In this document: one piece after another, positions 9,108 to 19,467 of the stretch
Numbering within the stretch: position 1 is the first letter of the stretch
How the letters are laid out: each line of letters starts with the position of its first letter
Translations under genes and position numbers: made by a program
The notes under the pieces: model-generated
Database searches by the model: none
Seen by the model: the letters and a program-made list of their open reading frames with translations, nothing else
What the model was told of the DNA's origin: nothing
From: Candidatus Bathyarchaeota archaeon
GTDB taxonomy: Archaea; Thermoproteota; Bathyarchaeia; Bathyarchaeales; DTEX01
Assembly (NCBI GenBank): GCA_963714275.1
Contig: CAVQNT010000002.1
Coordinates: 864,001-928,000, forward strand
Length of the DNA: 64,000 nt
Reading direction: 5' to 3'

Positions 9108-10433
9108 TCAACCTTTTATCGAGACGCTTAATACGTCAAGTTCAAGGGGCTCAGCCTTCGCGTCGACGATTTTCGACACGTTCGGTTCTGTGCGTCCTCC
9201 GTCCCCTGTAACGAGTTCCTTGACGTAGAGTCCTCCTTGGCATCGAACCTTCATTTCGACGCTGTTCGGGGAGATTCTCTTTACCGTGGTCTCATATATG
9301 TGTTTTTCTCGAGTCTTATCAGCCCTTCTACGTAACACGCGTGTCGGAGTCTGCTGAAAAACTTTAACTCCTGACAGGGAACGCGCAATTTTCTCGATCT
9401 CGTCGTCTGAAACATCCCTGTCGAAACGCACCGTGACCCTGTACGTCTTCTTGGCTGCCTCCAAATGCTTCAGAGCCCTAATCATATCTTTGTCCACTTT
9501 TTTTAGGCTTGAGACCTTGATTTTTCCGTCAGCCCGCTTGTTTATGGCTTGGGCAAGCTCCTTAAGGTCTATCTCACGTTTGCGCGGTCGTTTGACTTGA
9601 ACGATGAACGGTCTCCCTTTCCCCAGCATACGGGCGTCAGCGTCCTCCCTGCCTGCTCCGTGAAAAGAAGCGCCCTCGCCGCGAACCGTCTCTACCGTTG
9701 GACCAGCGACCAGCTCCTCAACCGATTCAGGATGCAACCTCCCCCTGAAGCCGCATTCGGCACATCCTTTGCCTCTGCATTTGGGGCAGAACCATTTTGA
9801 CTGCGGAATCCCGCGTACAAGCTTCTGGTATTTTCCCATCACGAAAAGCGGGTTCACCTGAAGCTGAATGTCGCCTGCTAAGGGGTTGACAAGAACGACT
9901 ATTTGGGGATTCAGGAAGTCCACGGTTTTCCCTGTTCTGTCTGAAAGCATTTTCCCGAATTCTCGGCTTATCTCGTTCCTGAAGTTTTCGCCGTGTTGAA
10001 CCTCGAATTGTGCTTTGAACTCGTCTTCCCTCTCCTCGGCTTCATGAGGTAATTTGACGCCGACCAGAAAAGTGTCGTGCTCGTAGCCTTGAAGCTTCTC
10101 AGCAGCTTTCGCAACAAGGGACGGCAAGGATTCGAAACAGCCTTCGCACAGAAAACACTTTTTCGCTTGTTTGGGTCTTCGTTTAAGTTTCCTAAGTATC
10201 TCAGCTGCCATGGGAAAGGAACCATTTTCAGCTAGAATTCTTAGAAGCGAAACGCCTTCCTTGTTTTTTTGAAGAGCCAAGTGATGCCCCTTCATCGTGA
10301 GAAACAGCTTTATTGTTCTTCCACGTTCTTGGTTGTCGATGCCGAAGCCTAGGAACGCAAACTGCCTGCCTAAACAATGGTCGCATAAAGGATGTTTCTC
10401 AAGCATCATCCGAGCCTTTTCGTTGATTTCCAT
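9108..10433 (-). CDS. pus10: tRNA pseudouridine(54/55) synthase Pus10
   Basis: CDHCLGR Zn site, HGAGREDADARMLG catalytic motif, GGLYVKEL.GD.GRT. Confidence 0.95.
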   Translation of the reverse strand: MEINEKARMMLEKHPLCDHCLGRQFAFLGFGIDNQERGRTIKLFLTMKGHHLALQKNKEGVSLLRILAENGSFPMAAEILRKLKRRPKQAKKCFLCEGCFESLPSLVAKAAEKLQGYEHDTFLVGVKLPHEAEEREDEFKAQFEVQHGENFRNEISREFGKMLSDRTGKTVDFLNPQIVVLVNPLAGDIQLQVNPLFVMGKYQKLVRGIPQSKWFCPKCRGKGCAECGFRGRLHPESVEELVAGPTVETVRGEGASFHGAGREDADARMLGKGRPFIVQVKRPRKREIDLKELAQAINKRADGKIKVSSLKKVDKDMIRALKHLEAAKKTYRVTVRFDRDVSDDEIEKIARSLSGVKVFQQTPTRVLRRRADKTREKHIYETTVKRISPNSVEMKVRCQGGLYVKELVTGDGGRTEPNVSKIVDAKAEPLELDVLSVSIKG

Positions 10434-10555
10434 GCCCAAAATTTCACCGACACGTCCCAAATGCCCAAAGCATGTTTCGCTGAATTTTCGAAGTATGATT
10501 AATCGGGATGATTTATATTTGTATATCTCCACAAAACTTAAGGCGGCGAGTAGAA

Positions 10556-11459
10556 TTGAGGATTACACGTTACGTTCACCGAGGAGCAGAATCCTACGGC
10601 GTTATCCAAAGAAACGATAAGATTGCGGACCTTCCCAAACTTGGCAAAATTCAGGGAAAAACTGTTCCACCAACAATCGATGGACTCATCTCTCAAGGTT
10701 CAGCAGCGGAAAATCTTGTCAAAGAAATTTTGGACAGTGCCCCGAAAAGCCAAAACAAAAAATTCCTTCTTGAAAAAGACGCGGTTAAATTGAAGGCGCC
10801 AGTCATTTCTCCGCCTAAGATTATTTGTTTGGGGGTTAACTACAGGGACCACGCTGAAGAGGCAGAAGCCACTCTTCCAGAAGAACCCATAATTTTCATG
10901 AAGCCGAGAACAGCCTTGATAAGCCCCGAAGAACCCGTGAGAAAACCACGTTTTGTCCGAAAGTCTGGATTACGAAGTTGAACTCGCAGTAATCATAGGC
11001 AAAACAGGAAAGAACATTCCAACCTCAAAGGCGCATGAACACGTTTTCGGATACACAGTTTTCGACGACATTTCAGCGCGGGACATACAGTTCAAGGACG
11101 GTCAGTGGACGAGGGGAAAAAGCTTCGACACCTTCGCTCCTTTCGGACCCTGCATCACGACATCTGACCAGATTGGCGACCCGAACAATCTCCGTCTGTG
11201 GACTCGGGTGAACGGCGATACGAGGCAAAACTCTTCGACAAAAAATATGTTGTTCAACGTTTACGAAATCGTTCATCACCTAAGCCGAGTGATGACCCTT
11301 GAACCGTGCGACATAATAGCGACTGGGACACCGGCAGGCGTGGCAGCTTTCATGAAGCCGATACCTAAGTTCCTTGAGCCGGGCGACGTCGTAGAGGTGG
11401 AAGTCGAAAACATCGGAACCCTCAGAAACCCCATAACCGAAGATGCTGCAGCAACGTGA
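10556..11459 (+). CDS. Fumarylacetoacetate hydrolase family protein, 1 apparent frameshift at 10962
   Basis: KIICLGVNYRDH, LDYEVEL, DISARD, GKSFDTF, TGTPAGV. Confidence 0.9.
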
Positions 11460-11477
11460 GGGCTTTGAAGATCTAAA

Positions 11478-11486
11478 TTTTAAATA
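11478..11486 (+). promoter_or_regulatory. TATA box of tRNA-Phe
   Basis: TTTTAAATA about 27-35 nt upstream of the mature tRNA 5' end. Confidence 0.55.
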
Positions 11487-11512
11487 AAGATGCGGTTATT
11501 CTTTTCTTTCAA

Positions 11513-11649
11513 GCCGCGGTAGCTTAGTTTGGGAGAGCACCCGACTTACAGCTGTCCGAATCAGCAAAGTAAGGGTGAAGCTGAAGCCCAAACCGAGCGC
11601 AAGGTCTGAAACCGGGTTGTCGGGTGTTCAAGTCACCCCCGCGGCACCA
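11513..11649 (+). tRNA. tRNA-Phe(GAA) with two introns: 30/31 (11544-11579) and 37/38 (11587-11610)
   Basis: Acceptor GCCGCGG/CCGCGGC. Intron 1 forms a strict BHB (central CACC/GGTG, inner CTTAC/GTAAG); intron 2 forms a relaxed BHB (CTGA/TCTG, CC/GG). Splicing gives CCCGG-CT-GAA-GA-CCGGG. CCA encoded. Confidence 0.9.
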
Positions 11650-11743
11650 GAACAAACTATTCAGCGATAACCGTTTTTCGAGTCTGTTTTACCCAGAAAA
11701 AATATAAGTTCATGAACCCTCTTCGGATAAGAGGTCTTAAGTA

Positions 11744-12382
11744 ATGCCTTCGTCGGTTCTGTCTCACCAAGCGCCCGTGCTTCAGCTTAAGATTAAGTGG
11801 TCAAAAAAGTTTGACGGCACAAGCCTGTGTGTAGGCTCATTTGCCCCGGACTTTGAATGGTTTCTTTCCTTGTTCAACATCAGCGTCGCCGAACGTACGT
11901 TTCATTCCGTGGGCGAAATGATCTACATTTTCCCGGTGTCTCTTGTTTTGGTGCTTCTCCTCGACAAAGTATTGTTGCCGTTAGCGTCATTTTTTGCGAG
12001 AAACAACCGTTTAGGTCCGTTCTCTAGGTGCCTGTCGTTCTTCGGCGTCGACGAATGGCATATTCTGAAAACCAAAAAAATGGACGCCCGTTGGCTAGTG
12101 AAGGCATCCTACTCTTTTGTCGTAGGCGTTCTGTCTCATTTTCTACTCGACCTGCCGAGTCACGACCAAATAACGTACTTGGAACCATTTTATAGTGCCG
12201 TAATGCCCACGTGGTTCCTGCGTGAATATGCGAGGTTGGAGCTGCCCCTTTTTGGATTCGAAGAAGTGACCATTTACAACCTGCTTTGGCTTGTCTTCAC
12301 CGTGGTCTTTGGCATCGTCGCGCTTTACCAGTTACGTTACATTAAGAAACACAAATTGATGGCGAAATGGTACGGAACCTAG
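11744..12382 (+). CDS. DUF4184-family membrane protein
   Basis: SHQAPVL, GSFAPD, FHS and SHFLLD motifs with several TM segments. Confidence 0.75.
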   Translation: MPSSVLSHQAPVLQLKIKWSKKFDGTSLCVGSFAPDFEWFLSLFNISVAERTFHSVGEMIYIFPVSLVLVLLLDKVLLPLASFFARNNRLGPFSRCLSFFGVDEWHILKTKKMDARWLVKASYSFVVGVLSHFLLDLPSHDQITYLEPFYSAVMPTWFLREYARLELPLFGFEEVTIYNLLWLVFTVVFGIVALYQLRYIKKHKLMAKWYGT

Positions 12383-12464
12383 GCAACTCGGCTGAACATT
12401 TGGTTAAAGGTTAATAGGGCGTCTAAAAGATTTTAAGACAACACTCAATACAATTCATACCTGC

Positions 12465-12542
12465 GCGGCTGTAGTCTAGTTTGGTCCAGGACGTCAGCCT
12501 GCCACGCTGGTGACCCGGGTTCAAATCCCGGCAGCCGCACCA
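12465..12542 (+). tRNA. tRNA-Gly(GCC), CCA encoded
   Basis: Acceptor GCGGCTG/CAGCCGC, anticodon loop CT-GCC-AC, T arm CCGGG-TTCAAAT-CCCGG. Confidence 0.96.
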
Positions 12543-12587
12543 TGATCAGGCTTTTCTAGAATTCATGGCTCAAAAAAATTGGTGGAA

Positions 12588-12791
12588 TTATTGAATGTTG
12601 TAAGAACCTATGTGCTGGGTATTTTTAGGGAATTTCCGTAAGAGTTCTAAGTCAGCGGTTAGAAGGGCAGCCTTAAGATGGAGAGTGAACGCAACATACG
12701 AAGCATCATAGACTGATACATCATGTTTTAAGCTAATCGTGGCGGCTTGTTCAAGAATTTTGCCTTTAGGTTCCCACGTATCAAAGCTAGC
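12588..12791 (-). pseudogene. C-terminal half of a VapC/PIN toxin
   Basis: EPKGKILEQAATISLKHDVSVYDASYVAFTLHLKAALLTADLELLRKFP contains the PIN motifs YDAxY and LxTAD; in-frame stop immediately upstream, no N-terminal half. Confidence 0.8.
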
Positions 12792-13087
12792 TCAGCTATA
12801 GGCAGCGCTTGAGTAAGTGGCTTTCCAGACTTCCAAAATTTCCTTTTCGACGGGAGTCATCTTCTTAAAGATATTGTTCATGCCCATGGTTCATCAAAAC
12901 TTACCATATTATGGGAACCTTTTAAATAAAATTTTAGCATATTCAAACTAACTTCAGACTTTTCTGATGGTTCATTGCCTTTTCTCACGCTTGCGTCAGC
13001 GACGTTTTTTGTTTAAACCGTTTTTATCATGCAAACAGAAAATCCCATTGTCACACAAAAACAGACAGCCTATGACGCCATTGGTTT

Positions 13088-14292
13088 TTATAAGCCCCAA
13101 TGTTCGTTGATGGGTTTCTGGTATTCCTCAGTTTTTCCGCTGACGACTTCGTCGTACTTCACGGCTTGACCGACATATGCGGATTCGAAAATGGCTTCGC
13201 AGATGGCTTTAGCTTTCAGTCCAGCATCGCCATCAACCTCAGGCTTCCTCTTCTTTTCAACGGCGTCCAAGAAGTCGTAGCATTCGATGACGAAACCGTC
13301 CATGAACCCATGCGGGAACAACGCGTTTTTTTTCGCTTCGCCCAGCTGGGCAAGATATTGCTTCTGCATCTCAACCATCGGCGTCGTAATTTTCTTGGGA
13401 CCTTCCTGCAAAATTATTTCGGCGGAACTGAACGGACCATGGAAGGCATCACCATGGTCGAGAATGCATCCTTTGCTGCCGTAGTGGACAACATTCGTGT
13501 ACGAGTAACCGGGGGCAGCCATAGTCCACTCCAAACTGCGACCAATCCGTTTTTGAAGGTTACCGTGGCAGCCCAAGTGTCTTCTCGGTCGTCCATGACT
13601 GATTTGTCTTCCTTTTTGTGAGGCCACTTTTCGAGCTGCTGAACCTTCGCGTAGACTGTTTCCGGGTCCCCGTACAGGAACCGTATGGTGTCGCAGAAGT
13701 GGGCACCGCTGTCCATAACCATGCCTCCTCCGCCCATCCACTTGTCGACCCTCCAGTGCCACCGTCTCTCTGTCGACGGGTCGAACCAGCCTGCTTGTTG
13801 AGAAAAAAGGAGCCGTGGCGTGCCTAAGAGCTTTAACTCGTTGATGATCCAGTGAGAGGTACGCTGGCTGATTCCTCGGCGGATGTTCTCAGCCGTGGCA
13901 ACGATCTTTTTGTTCTTTTTTCCAGCAGCGATTATGGTTTTGCTTGCCTTGACCGTTATGCCCAAGGGCTTCTCAATCATCACGTTGACGCCGGCATCGA
14001 GACACGCAATCCCCGCAATGTGGTGTTCAGAATGAGGCGTACAAATGTCAACCGCGTCGAGCTCTTCCTTGGCCAACATCTCCAAAACACTGGTGTAAAC
14101 TTTCGGCTTGTGGTCTTGAAGGGCTGCAGCTTGGTCCGCGAACTGTTTGGCTGACGCAGTCACGGGGTCGCACATGGCTGTGAACTCAAACTTCGCGGGT
14201 TCCTTTTGCTTAATCTGTTTATATGATTGCAGGTGGACCTTGGCTATTCCGCCGCATCCTATCATTGCGAGCTGTAAAGGTTTTTGGGGCAA
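13088..14292 (-). CDS. Gfo/Idh/MocA oxidoreductase, 1 apparent frameshift near 13528
   Basis: IGCGGIA, ICTPHSEH, IEKP, GGGMVMDSGAHFCD. Confidence 0.88.
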
Positions 14293-14464
14293 CTTGTTCA
14301 GTCTCCAATTATTTGACGGGTATAATGTCTATGCCTTATTTCTTATTAGACTTTTGACTTAAGCCTACACCACGGTTAAAAGTTAGGTATCTTTAATCAA
14401 ATCATAAGCCTTAATTGGGACAGAAATGTTCTTCACGTTACACCCGACCATACGAGGCGTTAGA

Positions 14465-15274
14465 ATGCAGAAAAAGTCACCGATGATTGTTCGGTCCGCA
14501 GAGGAAGAAAAAGATTATGCTACCCTAGCCCATGTCATGAGCGAATGCTTTGGACCCGTGACGCCTCGAAACATGAAGAGGTGGATTCAAAATGAAAAAA
14601 AGAACGCCTCAGGGTACGACAGGTTCTTTGTGGCTGAGGTAGACGGAAAAGCTGTCGGCAACGTTTCAGCGGCTCCTCGGAAGCTGCACTTGGGCGAAGA
14701 AGTCTACGTGAAGACGCTGGGAGTTTTAGCTGTTTGCACTAGCTCAGAATATAGAAACCGGGGCGTAGCCACAAGCCTGCTTAAGCAAGCGATGGCTTTT
14801 GCGGACAAGTCGGGGTTCTCGAACACTTCCCTTTACACTGCCACTTTGCTTCCAGCGCACAGGATTTACGAGCGGCAGGGTTTTCGTGACGTAGAAAAAA
14901 CCACGAGATACGTCAAACATTTGGATTATGATTTTTTTTCCGAAGGTGGGTAATGTGGTGCAACCGTTACCTAAAATATTCTAACATAGACTCAAAAGAC
15001 GCTTCAAGGCTGGAACCACTCGGTTGTTTTCGATTTAGGAAGCATAGGCGTCAAGGCGTTCCGGTTCAGAAACGGTCGTTTTCAAAGGTTGACTAAGCCC
15101 CCTCAGGCAGCAGACATCCACATAGTCGCAAGTGCAGAGACCTTGACGCGCCTCATGTCCGAAGTATGCTTTTTGGGGGATGCAATAAAAACTGGGGAGG
15201 TGCAGGTGAAAAGAGGAAGCGACTCTGACCTTAAGATTCTAAACAAGATTCTGGTGGGCATCTGGGACGAGTGA
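14465..15274 (+). CDS. GNAT acetyltransferase with SCP2-like C-terminus (Eis-like), frameshifted
   Basis: VCTSSEYRNRGVATSLL acetyl-CoA motif, YERQGF; C-terminal ADIHIVAS..TLTRLM...AIKTGEVQV. Confidence 0.75.
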
Positions 15275-15296
15275 GACGGGACTTGAGATTAGGCAG

Positions 15297-16052
15297 ATGG
15301 TTCAAGGGGACGCTCAGCAATTACTCAAACTTCACGCAAGTTTCACTCAAGAATATGTGGGTCCTTTTGAACGAGAGGTCGAGTATTATCGGCGGGCAGC
15401 CAGAAAGAAAGATGGGCTTCGATGGGTAGCCGTAAACCAGAAGGGGCAAATCGTCGGGTATGTCATGGCATTCTACCTTAAAAGGAGAAGGTTTGGAAGA
15501 ATATTCGAGATTGCAGTGGATCCAAACTTGGATTTTGGTTCCGTCGCGAGAATGCTTGTCGAAAAAGTACATAATATTTTGGTCGAAAAAGGCGTAGCGA
15601 CCATCCAAGCTCCAACCATGTTGAACCCAAATTACGAACAGGTTTTTCCTGATATGGGGTTCTTCAAGGTTGAAATGCAGGAAGTTTTCATGGTTGCCAT
15701 CAACAACATTCCAAGGTTTCTCGATGAAATAAAACCCATCATGGTAAACCGCCTAAAAAAAGTTCAAGGCTGGAACGGAACATTGGAACTGAAATGCGGA
15801 GAACACAGCACCTTCTTCAAGAAAGACGGCGACAAAATCCAAACGTTCGACTGGACAAACCACGACATGGATTACAGAATCCTCATGGACGAATACACCC
15901 TCACAGCGGTTCTGCTAGGCGTAACAGAATACGAAGCTGCATATGCCGAAGGAAAAATTCAGATTAAAACAGTGCTTTCTAAGGGTAAAGCAAAAGAACT
16001 GTTGGGAACCCTCTTTCCGAAACGCCAATTCCTAGCGTTCAACTTTTGGTAG
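15297..16052 (+). CDS. Divergent GNAT-fold protein with SCP2-like C-terminus
   Basis: GQIVGYV, GRIFEIAVDP, MGF; C-terminal TLTAVLLG...AYAEGKIQI; shares a QGWN motif with the upstream paralog. Confidence 0.65.
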   Translation: MVQGDAQQLLKLHASFTQEYVGPFEREVEYYRRAARKKDGLRWVAVNQKGQIVGYVMAFYLKRRRFGRIFEIAVDPNLDFGSVARMLVEKVHNILVEKGVATIQAPTMLNPNYEQVFPDMGFFKVEMQEVFMVAINNIPRFLDEIKPIMVNRLKKVQGWNGTLELKCGEHSTFFKKDGDKIQTFDWTNHDMDYRILMDEYTLTAVLLGVTEYEAAYAEGKIQIKTVLSKGKAKELLGTLFPKRQFLAFNFW

Positions 16053-16117
16053 CCCGACATTGTCGCATGTTTCAAAGTTTTGATTTTATGGAATCATGAA
16101 CCGTCTTTCGACGCCTT

Positions 16118-17458
16118 TCAGAGCCTTCTATGGGCGATTTCCGCTGCTAAAACCAGTGGTTCCCAAGCTTCACAGACCGATGGCGCATAGCACGTGTCAG
16201 CTTTAGCGAGGTCGTAGACCGATATGTGGTTCTGGATAGCCAAAGCCAAAGCATTAATGCGTTGGGTTACCTCTTCGCCGCCGACGATCTGTCCTCCCAC
16301 GACGCGCTTGGTTTTCTTCTCCACGACAATCTTGATTTTGATCGGCAAACCGCCTGGAAAATAGTCAGCCCTAGTCTTACTCGTTAACTTGCCGACAACA
16401 ACATCCACGCCAACCTGCTTAGCCCAGAACTCTGTGAGTCCGACTCCGCCCACGTCAAGATGGAAGATTCGGGAAATCCAAGAGAATAGGGTTCCCGGGT
16501 AAACTGCGTCTCCGCCTGCAGCGTTAGTGCCTGCTACTTTGCCCATCTTTACAGCTGCTGAACCCAAAAGCGGCAACGCTGGCTTTCCAGTCACGATGTG
16601 CGTTGTTTCAGCGCAGTCTCCAGCCGCATAAACGTTTTCGTTGCTTGTCTGCATTTGGCTGTTCGTTTTGATACCGCGAGTCTCACCTACAGCTATTCCT
16701 GCCTTTTGAGCTAATTCAACGTTCGGTCTTACGCCCGCAGCGTTCAAAACGATGTCTGCTGGAATCTCTTCGCCACCGACAGTTACTGCCTTAACCTTTT
16801 TTTCTCCTAGAATGGCTTCTGCTGGTTTTCCGAGAATGAAAGTTACGCCATTTTCTTCGAACCTTTTTTGGACGTTGCTGGACATGTCAGGGTCCAAAAG
16901 ACGCGGGAGAACCGAAGGAAGCATTTCGACAACTGTGGTTTTTATTCCGCTCTCCATGAAAGCTTCAGTTGCTTCCAGTCCCACAAGCCCAGAACCAATC
17001 ACTACGGCTGCCTTAGCCTTCTGCATGGCTTGAGCCAGTTTCTGTCCGTCGCTTAGTGTGTGAAGCGTCAAGACGCCTTCCTTGTCTATTCCTTCAAGGG
17101 GCAGCTGGAAGGGGTAAGCGCCCGTCGCAAGAATTAAGATGTCATACTCTAGGATTTCATGTTTCCCGTCTTTGGATTCAGTTTCAACGGTTTTCGTCTT
17201 CGTGACGACGTTTGTTGCTGTAGTCTCCTGTTTCAAGTCAAATTTCATCATCCGATAGAAGTTGGGCGAATAGACCACTAGATTCTCGAATGAGGGTATG
17301 TGCCCACCAAGAACGAAGGGAAGCCCGCATCTGGAATATGCTCCCACATTGTCCTTGGTTAAAAGAGTGATTTCGGCTTCTCTGTCGGTTTTTCGGGCTG
17401 CCACAGCTGCGTCGACGCCTGCAGCGTTCGCTCCGATTATGACTATTTTTTTGGACAT
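16118..17458 (-). CDS. NADH oxidase / CoA-disulfide reductase family flavoprotein
   Basis: GANAAG, single redox Cys in YSRCGLP, ATG, GSGLVGLE, YAAGD, YAPSV. Confidence 0.9.
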   Translation of the reverse strand: MSKKIVIIGANAAGVDAAVAARKTDREAEITLLTKDNVGAYSRCGLPFVLGGHIPSFENLVVYSPNFYRMMKFDLKQETTATNVVTKTKTVETESKDGKHEILEYDILILATGAYPFQLPLEGIDKEGVLTLHTLSDGQKLAQAMQKAKAAVVIGSGLVGLEATEAFMESGIKTTVVEMLPSVLPRLLDPDMSSNVQKRFEENGVTFILGKPAEAILGEKKVKAVTVGGEEIPADIVLNAAGVRPNVELAQKAGIAVGETRGIKTNSQMQTSNENVYAAGDCAETTHIVTGKPALPLLGSAAVKMGKVAGTNAAGGDAVYPGTLFSWISRIFHLDVGGVGLTEFWAKQVGVDVVVGKLTSKTRADYFPGGLPIKIKIVVEKKTKRVVGGQIVGGEEVTQRINALALAIQNHISVYDLAKADTCYAPSVCEAWEPLVLAAEIAHRRL

Positions 17459-17463
17459 TATGC

Positions 17464-17880
17464 TTAGCTTTCCTGGGCGAGTTGTTTGTGCCACTCCGCA
17501 GCCTGTTCATAGTTCATTAGGGTTTTAAGGTCGTCCGCTAGGTTTGTGGGCGATATTACGAGTATCCAGCCTTCGTTGTACGGGTCCTCGTTGAGCGTTT
17601 CTGGGTTGCTGCCAACTTTTCCGTTTACTTCGACGATTTTTCCGCTGACAGGCGCAACAAGGTCGGATACGGATTTAACTGATTCAACTGTTCCGAAGGG
17701 TTCGCCTTTTATGGCTTCGTTTCCTGCGCTGGGGAGCTCCGCGAAGACAACCTCGTTCAGCTGTTTCTGTGCGTAATCGGTTATGCCCACTCGGACTTTA
17801 CCGTTCTCGACTTTAACCCACATCCAATCCTTGGAGTAATACAAGCCTTCGGCAACTTCGTAGCCTTGAACCTTCACCAA
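17464..17880 (-). CDS. gcvH: Glycine cleavage H-like lipoyl carrier protein
   Basis: VGITDYAQ, ESVKS lipoyl-Lys motif, N.DPY.EGW; GAGGTG RBS. Confidence 0.92.
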   Translation of the reverse strand: MVKVQGYEVAEGLYYSKDWMWVKVENGKVRVGITDYAQKQLNEVVFAELPSAGNEAIKGEPFGTVESVKSVSDLVAPVSGKIVEVNGKVGSNPETLNEDPYNEGWILVISPTNLADDLKTLMNYEQAAEWHKQLAQES

Positions 17881-18010
17881 GTTTGCCACCTCATTCAGAG
17901 ATTGTTTTTTGCTTCTGCATAATAAATTTAACTAAAAATAATGGAGGAGGAAATGTAAAAATTGTGTTAACAGTATTCGTTAATGAAAAACCAACATTTA
18001 GGGCGTTTCT

Positions 18011-18060
18011 GTCTGGTCTGATTTGTGTAACATCGGTTTTCAATTTTTGTATAATAAACG
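18011..18060. repeat. Dispersed intergenic repeat, copy 2
   Basis: GTCTGGTCTGATTTGTGTAACATCGGTTTT, 28/30 identical to 5130-5159. Confidence 0.75.
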
Positions 18061-18074
18061 TTTTCTTTATTGCA

Positions 18075-19293
18075 TTATTCGAACAGTGTCACGGTAACCT
18101 GTTCGTCTTCTTCTATCACGTCTAGGTTTATGGGCAAGATGATGTATCCGTCTGCTTTAGCTAGGCTAGTTATGTCGCCTGATTTTTTGAAGGTCGGATA
18201 AGCCTTGCCATTCTTCAACTTTACTGGAAGAAACTGTTCTCTGCCCGAGCCTGAAACGAACTGTTTGCCCATTTTCGCCTTAACCGTTTTAGGGTTCATC
18301 GGAGGCAGCTTAGCCAACACACGGATTACTGGAACAAGAAAAACGTAGGCGTTGCTTAGGCACGAAGTCGGGTATCCAGGCATCCCGAAAACGGGCTTTC
18401 CTTCAACTATTCCGAAAAGGGTTGGTTTACCGGGCTTTATTTGAACGCCGTGGAAGACAACTTCGCCTGTTTTTTCGAGAACCTTAACAAGGAGGTCCCG
18501 TTCGCCAACTGAGACTCCCGCCTGAAAACACAATCAGGTCGTGGTTGAGAAAGCTGATTACTGCGGACTTAAGGCTCTCAAACGAGTCTGGCACAACCGG
18601 AGATCTTGTTACCTGAGCTCCGTTCGCTGAAAGAATAGAAGCTAAAGTATACGTGTTGACGTCGTAAATTTGTCCCTTGCCAATCTTTGCGCCGGGTTCA
18701 CAAATTTCGGATCCAGTCGGAACAACAACAATACAAGGCTTCTCGTAGACCGAAACCGTTCTTTGCCCCAACGCAGCCATAACTCCTACTTTCGCGGGCG
18801 TGATGATTTCGCCCTTTTTCAGGACTGCTTCGCCTTTTTTCATGTCTTCTCCTCGGGGTGAAATGTTTGCTCCGGGATGAACCGCGTCGAAAACGGAAAC
18901 GTTGCCTTCTGTTTCGTCAGTGAATTCAACCATAACCACGGCGTCTGTACCTAACGGAACTGGACAGCCTGTTGCTATCCTCACGCATTCACCTTTATTC
19001 ACAGTGATGCTGAATGATTCTCCTGCGTGCAAAACAGCTGCGACTTTAAGGTCCTAGGGTTTTGTTGAGACGCGCCATAAGTGTCCTCAGCTTTAACTGC
19101 GTAGCCATCCATTGCAGCCCGGTCGAAGGGTGGAACGTCTTCTTTGGCTATGATGTCTTCCGCTAAGACTCGTCCCGAAGATTCCTCGATTGGGACGGTT
19201 TCGGTTCTCTCAACAGGTTTCACGGGAGCTCATAATCCTCTTTATCGCTTCTTCACGGGATATGAGAAGCTTGAACGGAACCATTTCGCTCAC
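18075..19293 (-). CDS. moeA: Molybdopterin molybdotransferase, 3 apparent frameshifts
   Basis: [51 protein letters not shown]. Confidence 0.92.
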
Positions 19294-19467
19294 GAGATTG
19301 ACCCTCCTCTTGTTAACCATTTTAGACTTGCATCGACCCTAGTCTAAATTTGTATATTCGGTTTCATCATCAGCAAGAACGAAGGAAGCTTAATAACTTT
19401 AACTAAACGAAAGCGGCTTTAGGTTTTTCGTTTTTCATCGGTCAGGAAACACAGAAAGGCGCGTGGT

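Noticed and set aside
11540-11555. Apparent tRNA-Val(TAC) anticodon in the tRNA at 11513
   Set aside because: The TAC lies inside a BHB-bounded intron; the spliced product is a typical tRNA-Phe(GAA).
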